The notes beneath the pieces were generated by a model, which was given only the letters and a program-made list of their open reading frames with translations, searched no databases and was not told the origin of the DNA. A stretch of 63,432 nt of DNA, the filler included. It is 5 parts of 5 records of this genome, joined end to end, with 100 filler letters (N's around TTAATTAATTAA, not from the genome) between each part and the next. Parts side by side here need not be neighbours in the genome. Positions count along the whole stretch, not along the records: positions 1 to 13,449 come from SRR20825010_11; positions 13,550 to 28,697 come from SRR20825010_13; 3 more parts are not named here. One strand, written 5' to 3'. This document shows, piece after piece, positions 10,210 to 20,376 of this stretch (position 1 is the stretch's first letter; every line of letters begins with the position of its first letter). Both the position numbers and the translations under genes were made by a program.

Positions 10210-11282
10210 AATTTTTTTTCTATAATCTGTCGCATACTTACGTCTTCGTAGTTACGCTTCACAAAATCCAGGGCATGTATCAACACTTCGCCCATGGTTT
10301 TGCTGTCTCGGAAGTTAATATCTCCAGTTAGGTCCAATAGCTGCGTTTTTAACATTTCGGTGTTTTCCGGCGGAGCAATGGTATCAACTTCGCACACATC
10401 CAACAGTCGCTTGAGCCTTCTACCCCAGCTCAATATTCTTTTGGCGATTATGGAGCGTTCTTCCACAATATATTGATTCACAGAGTCGACCGTCAATTTG
10501 CTCTGAACCAAATCCACCATTACTTTGTTCTCCTTAAAAAATTGTGGCCGGTACACTTTTATTTTTCCTTCATAACATTGCTGGTCAAAATCGATGGCCC
10601 TTATCTTGTAGTTCACACTATCAAAATCGTGTGTGGGCACAATCACATAGTTGTACGAGCGCATATCGCCCAACAACCTAATCATACAACGTTCATTGAA
10701 CTTTACGAATTCCTTGGCAATCTGCGCTTTATCAAATTCTGAGCATTCGGGCAGGTTTTTTTTGAAGAACACATCACCGGGAATACCTACAATATGCTCC
10801 TCGATCAATGTATTTTGATAAATGACAAAATTGAGGTTGTACGGCGACAACATATGCTCCAACTCCAATCCATACACACGGGAAGCATCGGTTTTTTTTA
10901 CATAGAACAAGGTGTAGTTATCGTTCAGAATATTCCGAACCTTGATCCTGAAGGGTTTAGAGTTCCCAAATGTGCAATAATCCACATAGTCCACGTTCAA
11001 ATATTGGAAAATCTTATCGCTACCATCGGAAACAAAATTGGAATAGACCCGCTTTAGGGCCAAATCGATTTCATCCCGATCAAACTCTGGATAAAAAACC
11101 CGTACCCATAGGGTATCCTCATCATTGGCATCATACACGGCAACACTTCCCGAGAACCGGAGAAGGTCATCATAATGGATGGGAATCTCTATTTTTCGGT
11201 TGTAATATTTCAAATATTCATCAAGCTCCTTGCTTATGGGATAGGCAGGTTTCTTTTTCGACATCAACTTTTCTTCCGACAT
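10206..11282 (-). CDS. uncharacterised protein with PI3K/PI4K/HipA-like kinase motifs
   Basis: 358-aa ORF with FYVKK, LGDMRSYN and IRAIDFD motifs in kinase order. Confidence 0.6.
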   Translation of the reverse strand: MSEEKLMSKKKPAYPISKELDEYLKYYNRKIEIPIHYDDLLRFSGSVAVYDANDEDTLWVRVFYPEFDRDEIDLALKRVYSNFVSDGSDKIFQYLNVDYVDYCTFGNSKPFRIKVRNILNDNYTLFYVKKTDASRVYGLELEHMLSPYNLNFVIYQNTLIEEHIVGIPGDVFFKKNLPECSEFDKAQIAKEFVKFNERCMIRLLGDMRSYNYVIVPTHDFDSVNYKIRAIDFDQQCYEGKIKVYRPQFFKENKVMVDLVQSKLTVDSVNQYIVEERSIIAKRILSWGRRLKRLLDVCEVDTIAPPENTEMLKTQLLDLTGDINFRDSKTMGEVLIHALDFVKRNYEDVSMRQIIEKKF

Positions 11283-11359
11283 TGTATTCGATTATTTGTA
11301 ACAAATTGTAATATACTTCGTCAAGTTAGTATAAACCATTCAAAAAACGATAGCATCTT

Positions 11360-12256
11360 TTGGAAACAATACTTACCGTAAGCCATCTTACCAAAAAATT
11401 TGGTTATCTCACCGCAGTCAACGACCTCTCCTTTACCATTGAAAAGGGGAACGTTTATGGCATTTTGGGACCCAATGGAAGTGGTAAATCGACCACATTG
11501 GGCATTATTTTGAACGTTGTAAACCGTACTTCTGGAGAATTTAGTTGGTTCGACGGTTCAACAACTACCCATGATGCCCTAAAAAAAGTGGGGGCCATTA
11601 TTGAACGCCCCAATTTTTATCCGTACATGAATGCTATTCAAAACTTAAGGTTGGTATGCAAAATAAAGGATGTACCAGAAACAAAAATTCAGGAAAAACT
11701 GGAGCTGGTCGGGCTGTGGGACCGTCGCAACAGTAAGTTCAAGACGTATTCTTTGGGGATGAAACAACGTATGGCTATTGCATCGGCCCTGCTCAACGAC
11801 CCTGAAATATTGATTTTGGACGAGCCCACCAATGGCTTGGACCCTCAGGGAATACATCAAATCAGGGAAATCATCAAAACTATAGCTAACCAGGGTACCA
11901 CCATTTTATTGGCATCGCACTTATTGGACGAGGTGGAAAAGGTATGTTCCCATGTTATCATCCTTAGAAAAGGGGAAAACCTCTACTCCGGTCCGGTAGA
12001 CAGCATGTTGGCAAGTCATGGTTTTTTTGAATTAAGGTCTACCGACTTGGACCAATTGCAAACCCTATTGGAAAAAAGTGCCAGTTTTGGCAAAATAGAA
12101 AACTTCAATGGAACGCTGACTGCTTATTTAAAAGAGGAAATGGATGCCGAAAGTTTGAACAAAATGTTGTTTGAAAAAGGGATTACCCTATCCCATCTTG
12201 TAAAGCGAAAAGAAAGCCTTGAGGAACAATTTTTAACCCTGACCAAGAACCAATAA
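11360..12256 (+). CDS. ABC transporter ATP-binding protein
   Basis: GPNGSGKST, YSLGMKQR, ILDEPT, SH motifs. Confidence 0.95.
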   Translation: METILTVSHLTKKFGYLTAVNDLSFTIEKGNVYGILGPNGSGKSTTLGIILNVVNRTSGEFSWFDGSTTTHDALKKVGAIIERPNFYPYMNAIQNLRLVCKIKDVPETKIQEKLELVGLWDRRNSKFKTYSLGMKQRMAIASALLNDPEILILDEPTNGLDPQGIHQIREIIKTIANQGTTILLASHLLDEVEKVCSHVIILRKGENLYSGPVDSMLASHGFFELRSTDLDQLQTLLEKSASFGKIENFNGTLTAYLKEEMDAESLNKMLFEKGITLSHLVKRKESLEEQFLTLTKNQ

Positions 12257-12268
12257 TCAAAAAAACGA

Positions 12269-13102
12269 ATGTTACGTCTCCTACAAATAGAATTTATAAA
12301 ACTGTGGAACAATAGGGCCAGCAAGGTACTTATTATCTCCTATTTTGTGCTCCTGACTTCCATTGCCCTCATTGCAGCCATTAAGTTTGATATTGGCCCG
12401 GTAGAGTTCCATCTTGCCGACCAAGGCATATTTAACTTCCCATACATTTGGCACTTCAACACCTTTGTCACTGCATTGTTTAAACTGTTTTTGGCCATTG
12501 TTATCGTTTCCATGATGTCCAACGAATACAGCAACAAGACCATAAAACAAAATTTGATAGACGGATTATCTAAAAAGGAATTCATTACTTCCAAAGTTCT
12601 TACGGTAATATCCTTTGCACTGATATCCACCATATTTGTTTTCGTGGTCTCCATGATTCTTGGTTTGGCATATTCGGACTACAATGAAATGTCCATTATA
12701 TTCTCTGATTTGGAGTTTTTGCCCGCTTTCTTTATCAAGTTGGTCGGATTCTTCTCATTCTGTCTTTTCTTGGGGATTTTGGTGAAACGCTCTGCCTTTG
12801 CACTCGGTTTCCTCATCCTATGGACCATATTTGAGCAAGTGGTATTTGGCTTGTTGGGATGGAAAGTGATGAGTTGGGAAGCCGCTAAAGCAGTAAAACG
12901 CTTCTTTCCGTTGGAATCCATGTCCAATTTGATCAAAGAACCCTTTACAAGACTCTCTGCGGTACAAAATATTGGACAACAGATTGGAGAGGATATGAAG
13001 TTCGACTACCATGTGTATTGGTACGAGTTCTTCATAGTCATTATCTGGACGGCCATTTTCATCTATTTATCCTACGCCTTGTTGAAGAAACGCGATTTGT
13101 AA
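12269..13102 (+). CDS. ABC-2 type transporter permease
   Basis: Multiple hydrophobic segments, EYS..TIK motif, directly follows the ATPase. Confidence 0.85.
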   Translation: MLRLLQIEFIKLWNNRASKVLIISYFVLLTSIALIAAIKFDIGPVEFHLADQGIFNFPYIWHFNTFVTALFKLFLAIVIVSMMSNEYSNKTIKQNLIDGLSKKEFITSKVLTVISFALISTIFVFVVSMILGLAYSDYNEMSIIFSDLEFLPAFFIKLVGFFSFCLFLGILVKRSAFALGFLILWTIFEQVVFGLLGWKVMSWEAAKAVKRFFPLESMSNLIKEPFTRLSAVQNIGQQIGEDMKFDYHVYWYEFFIVIIWTAIFIYLSYALLKKRDL

Positions 13103-13167
13103 CAACATCAACTAAGAATATTAGAGCTTTGCTTCTATTTGGTGGCTACCTTTAGTATTTTTACTTT

Positions 13168-13449
13168 ATGAAATTTCAGGTAGTTTCCGACTTTAAGCCA
13201 ACGGGCGATCAGCCCGAGGCCATACGACAATTGGTAGAGGGAATTGAATCCAAGGCTCAACATCAAACCTTGCTCGGGGTTACCGGGTCCGGAAAAACAT
13301 TTACCGTTGCCAATGTGGTGGAATCTGTTCAGAAACCTACCTTGGTATTGGCCCACAACAAGACCCTGGCGGCACAATTGTATTCGGAGTTCAAGCAATT
13401 TTTTCCCAACAATGCGGTGGAATATTTTGTATCCTACTACGATTATTAT
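13168..13449 (+). CDS. uvrB: excinuclease ABC subunit B, N-terminal fragment cut by contig end
   Basis: [35 protein letters not shown]. Confidence 0.97.
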
Positions 13450-13549
13450 NNNNNNNNNNNNNNNNNNNNNNNNNNNNNNNNNNNNNNNNNNNNTTAATTA
13501 ATTAANNNNNNNNNNNNNNNNNNNNNNNNNNNNNNNNNNNNNNNNNNNN
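13450..13549. other. artificial contig linker
   Basis: 44 N + TTAATTAATTAA (stops in all six frames) + 44 N; composition changes across it. Confidence 0.98.
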
Positions 13550-14247
13550 AGGCCACGAAAGATGTGTTTGTATTTACAAATGCGCAGCGTTCATTGGTGC
13601 CGGTGCAAACGGCACAGGTGACACGTGGCGGTGATGTGGGTAATGAAACCGCCGAGAACTACGAAATCGGTTCACGCTGGCAGATCAACCCGCAAGCCAA
13701 TATTGCGGCAACCCTGTTCCGGGTGGATTACAAAGACCAGATCGTTTTCGATACAGGCGCATTTCGCAATCTAGGGGAAACACGCCAGGAAGGTGTTGAA
13801 CTGGAAGGTCGCTGGAACCTGAACAGCCAAACTGAATTGGGCATGAGCTACACCTACCTGGACACGGAACAATTGTCGGGCGCTGATCAAGGCAAGGAAC
13901 TTCGCCATGCACCCACGCACCACGTGGGGTTGGATGCTGTTCACAAGTTTGGCAAGTGGACTGCCAACGCAAACGCTTTGTATGTTTCTGAAAGCTTTAG
14001 CGATTCAGCCAACACACAGGCTGAAACTGCCAACGGCAGCGCTGGTGAGTTGCCTGCCTACACTTTGGTGAACATGCGTGTGGGGCGTGATTTCCCGATT
14101 GGCCAAGGCAAGAACATGAATCTTGGTTTTGGGATCAACAACCTGTTTGACGAGCAGTACTTCTTCCGTGGTGTGGACGTAAGCACAACCGGCCGCGTGC
14201 CAGCACCTGGACGCATGTTGTTGGTTGAAATGCAGGTTGATTTCTGA
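13550..14247 (+). CDS. TonB-dependent receptor (FecA-like), C-terminal fragment
   Basis: Beta-barrel pattern, GELPAYTL, NNLFDEQY, PAPGR, terminal Phe. Confidence 0.88.
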
Positions 14248-14257
14248 TTTCGAAAAT

Positions 14258-14938
14258 TTATTCTCCGGAGCTGCTTGCGTTCAATGCAGGCGGTTCCGGT
14301 ACCAGTTTTTTTTCAAAGTAGTCCAGCCGCGCTTGAATGGCCATTCTTTTCTCCTCTGTCAATCCGTTTGCGGACAAGGATTTGCTGCTTATTTGCTCTT
14401 TTGAGGCCTCTAGCAGGTCATCAATACTGGCCAGTTGGAAGTCATCTACCCACTGCGCGTTTCTGAGGAATGGTTCGAATGATTGACGACTCTCCGGAAT
14501 CAGGTCAATCCTTACCGTTTTTTGGGTTTCTGGGTCGGTGTAGTGGTAACGACCCGGTCTTGATTGTTCTTTTGTCAATCCGAATTCTTGAGTGTTTCCG
14601 GCCATGTATTCGGTGCGCTGCATGCCGGGGTAATTGACAACCAGATCAAGGTCGTTGGGTGGTGCAGGGAAAGTGCGGTCTGCCTTGGACACAAGGCATG
14701 CATGAATGAACATTGCAGTACTGCCGACGATGCAGTAATTGTGTTTCGACCCTAGAAATTGATGCAGATTGCTGAGCATGTTCGCAGCATCTACGTTGGG
14801 AAATGCCTTTGCCAAGGCGCGGAGTGCTTCGCTGGTGGGGTTTACTTTTATTTGTGATGCGACCAGATTCGCTGAAAAACTGTCGGCAGGAATAATTTGC
14901 TCGGGCGGCGTGGTGGGGACGGAGTCAATTTGTTCCAT
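14258..14938 (-). CDS. hypothetical protein with Pol-beta-type nucleotidyltransferase motifs
   Basis: IVGSTA...NDLDL...RIDLI (GS, DxD, third D). Confidence 0.55.
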   Translation of the reverse strand: MEQIDSVPTTPPEQIIPADSFSANLVASQIKVNPTSEALRALAKAFPNVDAANMLSNLHQFLGSKHNYCIVGSTAMFIHACLVSKADRTFPAPPNDLDLVVNYPGMQRTEYMAGNTQEFGLTKEQSRPGRYHYTDPETQKTVRIDLIPESRQSFEPFLRNAQWVDDFQLASIDDLLEASKEQISSKSLSANGLTEEKRMAIQARLDYFEKKLVPEPPALNASSSGE

Positions 14939-14988
14939 AAAATTCCTTGTTGCTTCGGAATATTGTGTTTTCTTGTGTGTCTTTTAGT

Positions 14989-16893
14989 TCAATTATTTTT
15001 TCCCCGAAGCCTGTCTACTTCAACTGATGCAACGCCGCTTGCGTTGTTGCCCCAGCTTCGCCGAATGTAAGTGACCACGGCTGCAATGTCGTTGTTGCTT
15101 AGTTCGACGCGGTAAGGTGGCATGCCATGCGGGTAAGGTGTTGATTGTGTGCTGGGTGAAAACCCGCCATTGAGCACCATGCGAATTGCGTTGGCAGGGT
15201 TGGGGGCAATTACATTCACATTGCCTGCCAGCGTGGGAAATTGATTGGCTTGGCCTTCGCCCTTTTTGCCATGGCATTCCGCACAGGTGTTGGTATAAAC
15301 CGCCTCACCACGCACCATCAGGGGTTGCAGTGTGCGCTGTCCAAGGCCGGTTGATTCTTTTTCAGTGGGTGCTTGTGCAGGCAAGGTTTTCAGGTAAACC
15401 GCCATGGCCTGTATGTCGGCTGGCTTTGCAAATTGCAGGCTGTGTGCAATTACCTCGCTCATGGGGCCATACGTTGCAGCGTGCTGATTCACGCCACTTT
15501 GCAAATAGTGGGCAATGTCTGTTTCACTCCATTTGCCCAAACCATGCACTGGGTGATTGTTCAGTGCAGGTGCAAACCAGTTCAGCACTGGAATGGTGGC
15601 GCCGCTTAAATTCAGATTGTTTTTCAAGCCGCCCAAGGTGTTGCGTGGTGTGTGGCAAGCGGCACAGTGGCCCGGGCCGTTGACCAGGTATGCCCCGCGG
15701 TTCCACTGTTCGCTTCGCTGTGTGTTTGGCTGGTATTCACCTTCGGTGAAATACAGCGCGCGCCACACGGCCAGAAGTGGGCGTTGATTGAACGGAAACT
15801 GCAATTCAGGCTGCGGTGTTTTTTGCGCAATTGCAGGCAGGCGTTTCAGGTAGGCGAATAAATCATCCACCTCGGCCCGGCTCATTTTGGTGTAGTCGGT
15901 GTACGGAAATGCCGGGTAAAGGTAGCTGCCATTTTTCGACACACCGCTGTGCATGGCTTTGTAAAAATTGTCGGCAGTCCAACTGCCCAAACCAGTTTCC
16001 GAATTCGGGGTCAGGTTGGTGCTGTAAATTTTTCCAAATGGGGTTTCGATTGCACGGCCGCCTGCAAATGGCTTTTTCGGGTTTGCAGTGTGGCAGCCAG
16101 CACAATTACCAATGCGAGCCAAATAGGCACCGCGCTTTTCCTGTTCGGAAAGCAGCTCAAGTGCAACAGGTTCTGGCGATACATTGCCGCTATTGGGTGT
16201 GGCGGTGCTGGTGTGTGTGCCGCATTTCAGCGGAAACACCGTGCTGTTGGCTGGCGCTGCCTTGGGGTTTTCTGGAACAGCCTGTGCGGCCAAATAAGCC
16301 GTGGCGGTGTTCAGTTCCTCGGGGCTAAGTGCCTTGACCAGTGCATGCATGCAATCGGGATCGGCTGCCTTGCGTTGGCCGTTTCGCCATTTGCCAAGCT
16401 GCGCGTTCAGGTAGTCGCGGGGTAGGCCAAGCAGCCCCGGTGTGTAAGGCTCAACGCCTGTGAGTGCTTGCCCGTGGCAGGCTGCGCATGCGGGTATTTT
16501 TTTATTGGCCACACCGTCGAACACCAAGCGTTTTCCTTGGGCAAGTTCGCTTTCAGTGGCCGTGCTTTTTGCCGGTGCAGGGTAGGGCGGGTTTTGCGCG
16601 GCAAAGTACTTTGCCATTTGCAGCAGGTAGTCGTTCGACAGGTGTTGCACCATGCTGTTCATGGCGGCGTGTTGGCGGCTTCCATCACGAAATGCGATCA
16701 ACTGGTTGTAAAGGTAGCCCTCCGGTTTGCCGGCAATGCGTGGGTAGTAACCTTCCGCGCTTGCACGGCCTTCGGCACCGTGACAAACCACGCAGGCTTG
16801 AACGCGGCTTGCCATGTCGGGCACCGTGGATTGGGCTTGAAAGGGCAGCAATGAGAAAAGCAGAAAGGCGGCAGTGGCAAGGCGGGCGATCAT
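14989..16893 (-). CDS. penta-heme c-type cytochrome (c4-like di-heme + tri-heme dehydrogenase-type cytochrome)
   Basis: Signal peptide; CVVCH, CAACH, CAGCH, CAACH, CAECH; TPFG.IYS.NLTP and YPAFPY motifs. Confidence 0.85.
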   Translation of the reverse strand: MIARLATAAFLLFSLLPFQAQSTVPDMASRVQACVVCHGAEGRASAEGYYPRIAGKPEGYLYNQLIAFRDGSRQHAAMNSMVQHLSNDYLLQMAKYFAAQNPPYPAPAKSTATESELAQGKRLVFDGVANKKIPACAACHGQALTGVEPYTPGLLGLPRDYLNAQLGKWRNGQRKAADPDCMHALVKALSPEELNTATAYLAAQAVPENPKAAPANSTVFPLKCGTHTSTATPNSGNVSPEPVALELLSEQEKRGAYLARIGNCAGCHTANPKKPFAGGRAIETPFGKIYSTNLTPNSETGLGSWTADNFYKAMHSGVSKNGSYLYPAFPYTDYTKMSRAEVDDLFAYLKRLPAIAQKTPQPELQFPFNQRPLLAVWRALYFTEGEYQPNTQRSEQWNRGAYLVNGPGHCAACHTPRNTLGGLKNNLNLSGATIPVLNWFAPALNNHPVHGLGKWSETDIAHYLQSGVNQHAATYGPMSEVIAHSLQFAKPADIQAMAVYLKTLPAQAPTEKESTGLGQRTLQPLMVRGEAVYTNTCAECHGKKGEGQANQFPTLAGNVNVIAPNPANAIRMVLNGGFSPSTQSTPYPHGMPPYRVELSNNDIAAVVTYIRRSWGNNASGVASVEVDRLRGKNN

Positions 16894-16921
16894 GGATACA
16901 GCTCGAATTGAATTGCCGTGA

Positions 16922-17221
16922 TTATACGCCCTGGGATGCAAGCATCCACGCCAGCAACGCCGCCAGTGCGGCTGTGGCCATCACCCATAGAACAAGCCCG
17001 AAGCTCCAACCTTGGGAGAAGATCAACACACCCGCACTGCCCAGCAATGCGAGCGTGCCCGCGACACGACGCGTCGCAGGGCTTCGCAGGCCGATGCGGT
17101 TGAATCGCCCGGCCCAGCGGCGGTGGCGAAAGTGCTGTCGTTGTGACAGGGCGGTGCACAACAAACCCGCGTACAGCAGGGCCACGCCGACCAGGGGAAG
17201 CAGCCAATCATTCAATTGCAT
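16922..17221 (-). CDS. small membrane protein (DUF3325-like)
   Basis: Hydrophobic, L...RQHFR motif, overlaps the end of the PepSY gene. Confidence 0.65.
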   Translation of the reverse strand: MQLNDWLLPLVGVALLYAGLLCTALSQRQHFRHRRWAGRFNRIGLRSPATRRVAGTLALLGSAGVLIFSQGWSFGLVLWVMATAALAALLAWMLASQGV

Positions 17222-18804
17222 TCCAACGCCTCTTTGTTCAAGCGTGCAACACGCGCGGGTGCGGTCAGTTTGCGCGCGGCATACACACCGCTTGCAACCA
17301 TGATCAGCAAGCCAGCATCAATCGCGAATGAATTCATATCCTGCAGTTGAATTGCAGCAACCATTCCACCGGTGTTGATCTGGTTTAGTAACCACGCCAG
17401 CGCGCACAGTGCGGTGAACAGCCTTGTGGGTGCCAGCCACTGGCTGTTTTTATGGGTGGCTGCGTTGATGAATGCCCAGGCAATGGCGAGGACCCACACG
17501 CTGTAGAACACCTTGGTTTCCAGTGTTGCGCGATTTGCAACGTGCTGGGGTATTAGTTGATTGGCCACCAGAAATGCAGCGGTGGCGATCATCATGCCCA
17601 AAGTGCCGCCCACGGTAAGTGCCTGTACCACTGTAAAACCTGGCAGCTTTCTTTTGTGATGCTGAACCCTGCGGGATTCAAGCCAGAACAGAAAACCGGT
17701 GTGGATCATCACGCACCCCAACAGCCCTCCGATGACATACAGCACACGCAAGGCAGCGTGGTCAAACTGGACGAAGTGCAGCCCGTTGATCCAGTGTGTA
17801 AAACCCTTCACGGGTCTGGGTTCATGCGCGTGAAGCAGTTCACCGGTGTGCAGTAAAAATGTGTCGGCGTGCGTGCTCATGGCGATACTGCGTTGCGGGA
17901 ATACACGCCGAATTTCGAGCAAGGCATTGCTGTCGCCCAGGTTGCGAATATTGATGGCATCTGCTGTGGCGGGTGCGCCCAGTGCAGCACTCCACGTGGC
18001 TTCGCGCGCCTGAACGATTGCGGGAATACTTTTTAGTGCTGCCAACTGCTGATTGCCGTTTTCAATAAAGCCGCTGGGGGGCAAGTTGATGAAACCGCTC
18101 ATCGCTTTTTGTGATGCGGCTTTGTCGCCATCAAAGGCCGTCAGTGTGGCCCACTGAAAATAGATTGAGAACAAGATAAGCAGACCCGAGAAGGCCATGA
18201 CAAAGTAGAAGGGCAGGGCCACAACGCTGCTCAGGTTGTGTAGGTCCAGCAGGCTTCGCACCTTGTGTTTTTTGGGGCGAAACAGAAAAAATTCAGCCAG
18301 CAGCTTGCGGTGCAACACCACACCGCTGATCAGCAAAGTCAACATGGAAAGGCCAGCGATACCCAGCATGTAGTAGCCCACATTCATCCATGCAATATTG
18401 AATTTGTAGTGGAAGGGAAAGAAAAAACCGGTGCCGCCCAGTGTGTATTCGCCGGGCACAACCTTGCCGGTATCGGGGTCGATGTAATACGTCTTCAGTG
18501 TATTGTCGGGTTCGGTGATTCGTACCGACGGCATGGGCGTGCGTGCGGTGGGCAGGCGAAGACGAATGTTGGCAGATTCAGGTGCAAGCGCATGTACTTT
18601 GAGCAACACGGTTTCAAGTTGAGTCGGTGTGAGGCTGCAGCATGGGCTTTGAACGCTGCGGCTTTCAGGGTGCATCCAGCGATCAAATTCCTTGTCGAAA
18701 ACTGTCAGTGTTCCTGTCCAGAATACGGAGAACAAAAGAAAACCAATGACAAGACCAAACCAGGTGTGAAACCAGGCCATGTGTTGCCGAATGGATGGTG
18801 TCAT
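17212..18804 (-). CDS. PepSY-associated TM helix iron-regulated membrane protein
   Basis: WFHTWFGL, FFPFHY, LDLHN, GLHF conserved His motifs; start at ATG 18804 overlaps the upstream stop. Confidence 0.88.
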   Translation of the reverse strand: MTPSIRQHMAWFHTWFGLVIGFLLFSVFWTGTLTVFDKEFDRWMHPESRSVQSPCCSLTPTQLETVLLKVHALAPESANIRLRLPTARTPMPSVRITEPDNTLKTYYIDPDTGKVVPGEYTLGGTGFFFPFHYKFNIAWMNVGYYMLGIAGLSMLTLLISGVVLHRKLLAEFFLFRPKKHKVRSLLDLHNLSSVVALPFYFVMAFSGLLILFSIYFQWATLTAFDGDKAASQKAMSGFINLPPSGFIENGNQQLAALKSIPAIVQAREATWSAALGAPATADAINIRNLGDSNALLEIRRVFPQRSIAMSTHADTFLLHTGELLHAHEPRPVKGFTHWINGLHFVQFDHAALRVLYVIGGLLGCVMIHTGFLFWLESRRVQHHKRKLPGFTVVQALTVGGTLGMMIATAAFLVANQLIPQHVANRATLETKVFYSVWVLAIAWAFINAATHKNSQWLAPTRLFTALCALAWLLNQINTGGMVAAIQLQDMNSFAIDAGLLIMVASGVYAARKLTAPARVARLNKEALECN

Positions 18805-19130
18805 GGAAAGTAGATCACGATTGCGCACAACAGGCCCAGCAACAAGCCTTTGGCACCCAGCCAGGCCAGGTCGGCCGTGCAATAAATCCAAAGCATCCAG
18901 GCTGGCATCGCCAGGTAAGCAGCCAACAGGCCGAGGGTCATGGCTTCGCTTTGTTCCATGCCGAACCTGGACAGCAAGATTGCCAGCGCTGCTGCCAGCA
19001 GGTTGGCCAAAGCCAGGCCCGCAGGAAATGCCAGCAGGAGGCGATAAACGTTCACGGTGAAGCGTTGGGTGGTGGATGTCACTTGCGCGGATGTTGCTGT
19101 TTTGAATGCTTTGAAGTGTAATTCAATCAC
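18801..19130 (-). CDS. small membrane protein, first gene of the PepSY operon (DUF3649-like)
   Basis: About three TM segments; ATGA overlap with the PepSY gene; start codon uncertain. Confidence 0.5.
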   Translation of the reverse strand: MIELHFKAFKTATSAQVTSTTQRFTVNVYRLLLAFPAGLALANLLAAALAILLSRFGMEQSEAMTLGLLAAYLAMPAWMLWIYCTADLAWLGAKGLLLGLLCAIVIYFP

Positions 19131-19134
19131 TTAT

Positions 19135-19157
19135 TAATTGCAAATCATTCTCATTAA
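19135..19157. promoter_or_regulatory. Fur box between divergent iron operons
   Basis: TAATTGCAAATCATTCTCATTAA; reverse reads AATGAGAATGATTTGCAATT, similar to consensus GATAATGATAATCATTATC. Confidence 0.8.
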
Positions 19158-19205
19158 GATTACCATGTGGCCTTGGTTTGATTTGTTAAAAGGTTTTATT
19201 CGTCC

Positions 19206-20375
19206 ATGAAACTTGTGCAGTTCCGATTCAAAAAGCAGTGCCTTGCAGCAGCAGTGGTGTTCTTCGCAACTTCCTTTGCCTGGTCGGCACCGGCCACTGA
19301 TGATGTTGTGAAGGGTTACAGCCAATTGGTTTATACCAACTACACTGACGCTCTGAATGCAGCAAAAAAGATGCAGACCGCGATTGATGTGTTTTTGAAC
19401 GCACCTTCCGAGGCGGGTTTAAATGCTGCGAAAAAAGCCTGGTTGGATGCGCGCGAATTTTACGGACAAACCGAAGCATTCCGTTTTTATGGTGGTCCCA
19501 TCGATGATGAAAATGGACCCGAAGGGCAGATCAATGCCTGGCCCATGGACGAATCGTATGTTGATTATGTACAAGGCAACGGCAATAGCGGTTTTATCAA
19601 CAATGTGAAGTTCAACATCACGCGCGCCGCCTTGGTGGAACAAAACGAACGCGGTGGTGAAGAGAACATTGCAACAGGCTGGCACGCCATTGAGTTTTTG
19701 TTGTGGGGGCAGGATTTGAATGAGGATGGCCCCGGCAATCGTCCCTACACCGACTATGTCAAAGGCAAGGGCAAACACGCCGAACGCCGCGCAGCTTATC
19801 TGCGTGAAGTCACTGTCTTGTTAATCCATGACCTTGAACATGTAAGGTCTGCCTGGTTGCCCGACAAACCGGATAACTTCCGCGCTGCTTTCGAGAAAGA
19901 CGGCAAAGAATCCCTACGCAAAATACTGGTGGGCCTGGGGTCGTTGTCGCGCGGTGAATTGGCCGGTGAGCGCCTGGAGGTGGCTTTGTTCAGCCAGGAT
20001 CAGGAAGATGAGCATTCCTGTTTTTCCGACAACACCCACCGCGATGCAGTGACCAATGCCCAAGGCATTTTAAATGTGTGGACGGGCACCTACAAACAAG
20101 CCAGTGGCGCTGTGCTGAAAGTGCCATCACTTGCGGAATTGGTGGCATCGAAATCTTCGGGTGTCGCCAAGCGCACCACTGCACAAATCCAGAATTCGGT
20201 GAATGCAGCCACTGCAATTCAAGCGCCATTTGATCGTGAAATTATTGGCGGCGCTGATGCACCCGGCCCCAAGCGGATCAAGGCCACAGTGGCCAGCCTG
20301 GTAGAACAGAGCAGCCTGCTTGTCGAGTCAGCCAATGCCTTGGGTATTACCCGGCTTACCTTGACACAGCCCTGA
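19206..20375 (+). CDS. imelysin/IrpA family iron-regulated protein
   Basis: Signal peptide; GWHAIEFLLWGQD (GxHxxE); EDEHSCFSDNT. Confidence 0.9.
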   Translation: MKLVQFRFKKQCLAAAVVFFATSFAWSAPATDDVVKGYSQLVYTNYTDALNAAKKMQTAIDVFLNAPSEAGLNAAKKAWLDAREFYGQTEAFRFYGGPIDDENGPEGQINAWPMDESYVDYVQGNGNSGFINNVKFNITRAALVEQNERGGEENIATGWHAIEFLLWGQDLNEDGPGNRPYTDYVKGKGKHAERRAAYLREVTVLLIHDLEHVRSAWLPDKPDNFRAAFEKDGKESLRKILVGLGSLSRGELAGERLEVALFSQDQEDEHSCFSDNTHRDAVTNAQGILNVWTGTYKQASGAVLKVPSLAELVASKSSGVAKRTTAQIQNSVNAATAIQAPFDREIIGGADAPGPKRIKATVASLVEQSSLLVESANALGITRLTLTQP

Positions 20376-20376
20376 G

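Noticed and set aside
13494-13505. TTAATTAATTAA palindrome repeated four times in the window
   Set aside because: Artificial linker embedded in N runs
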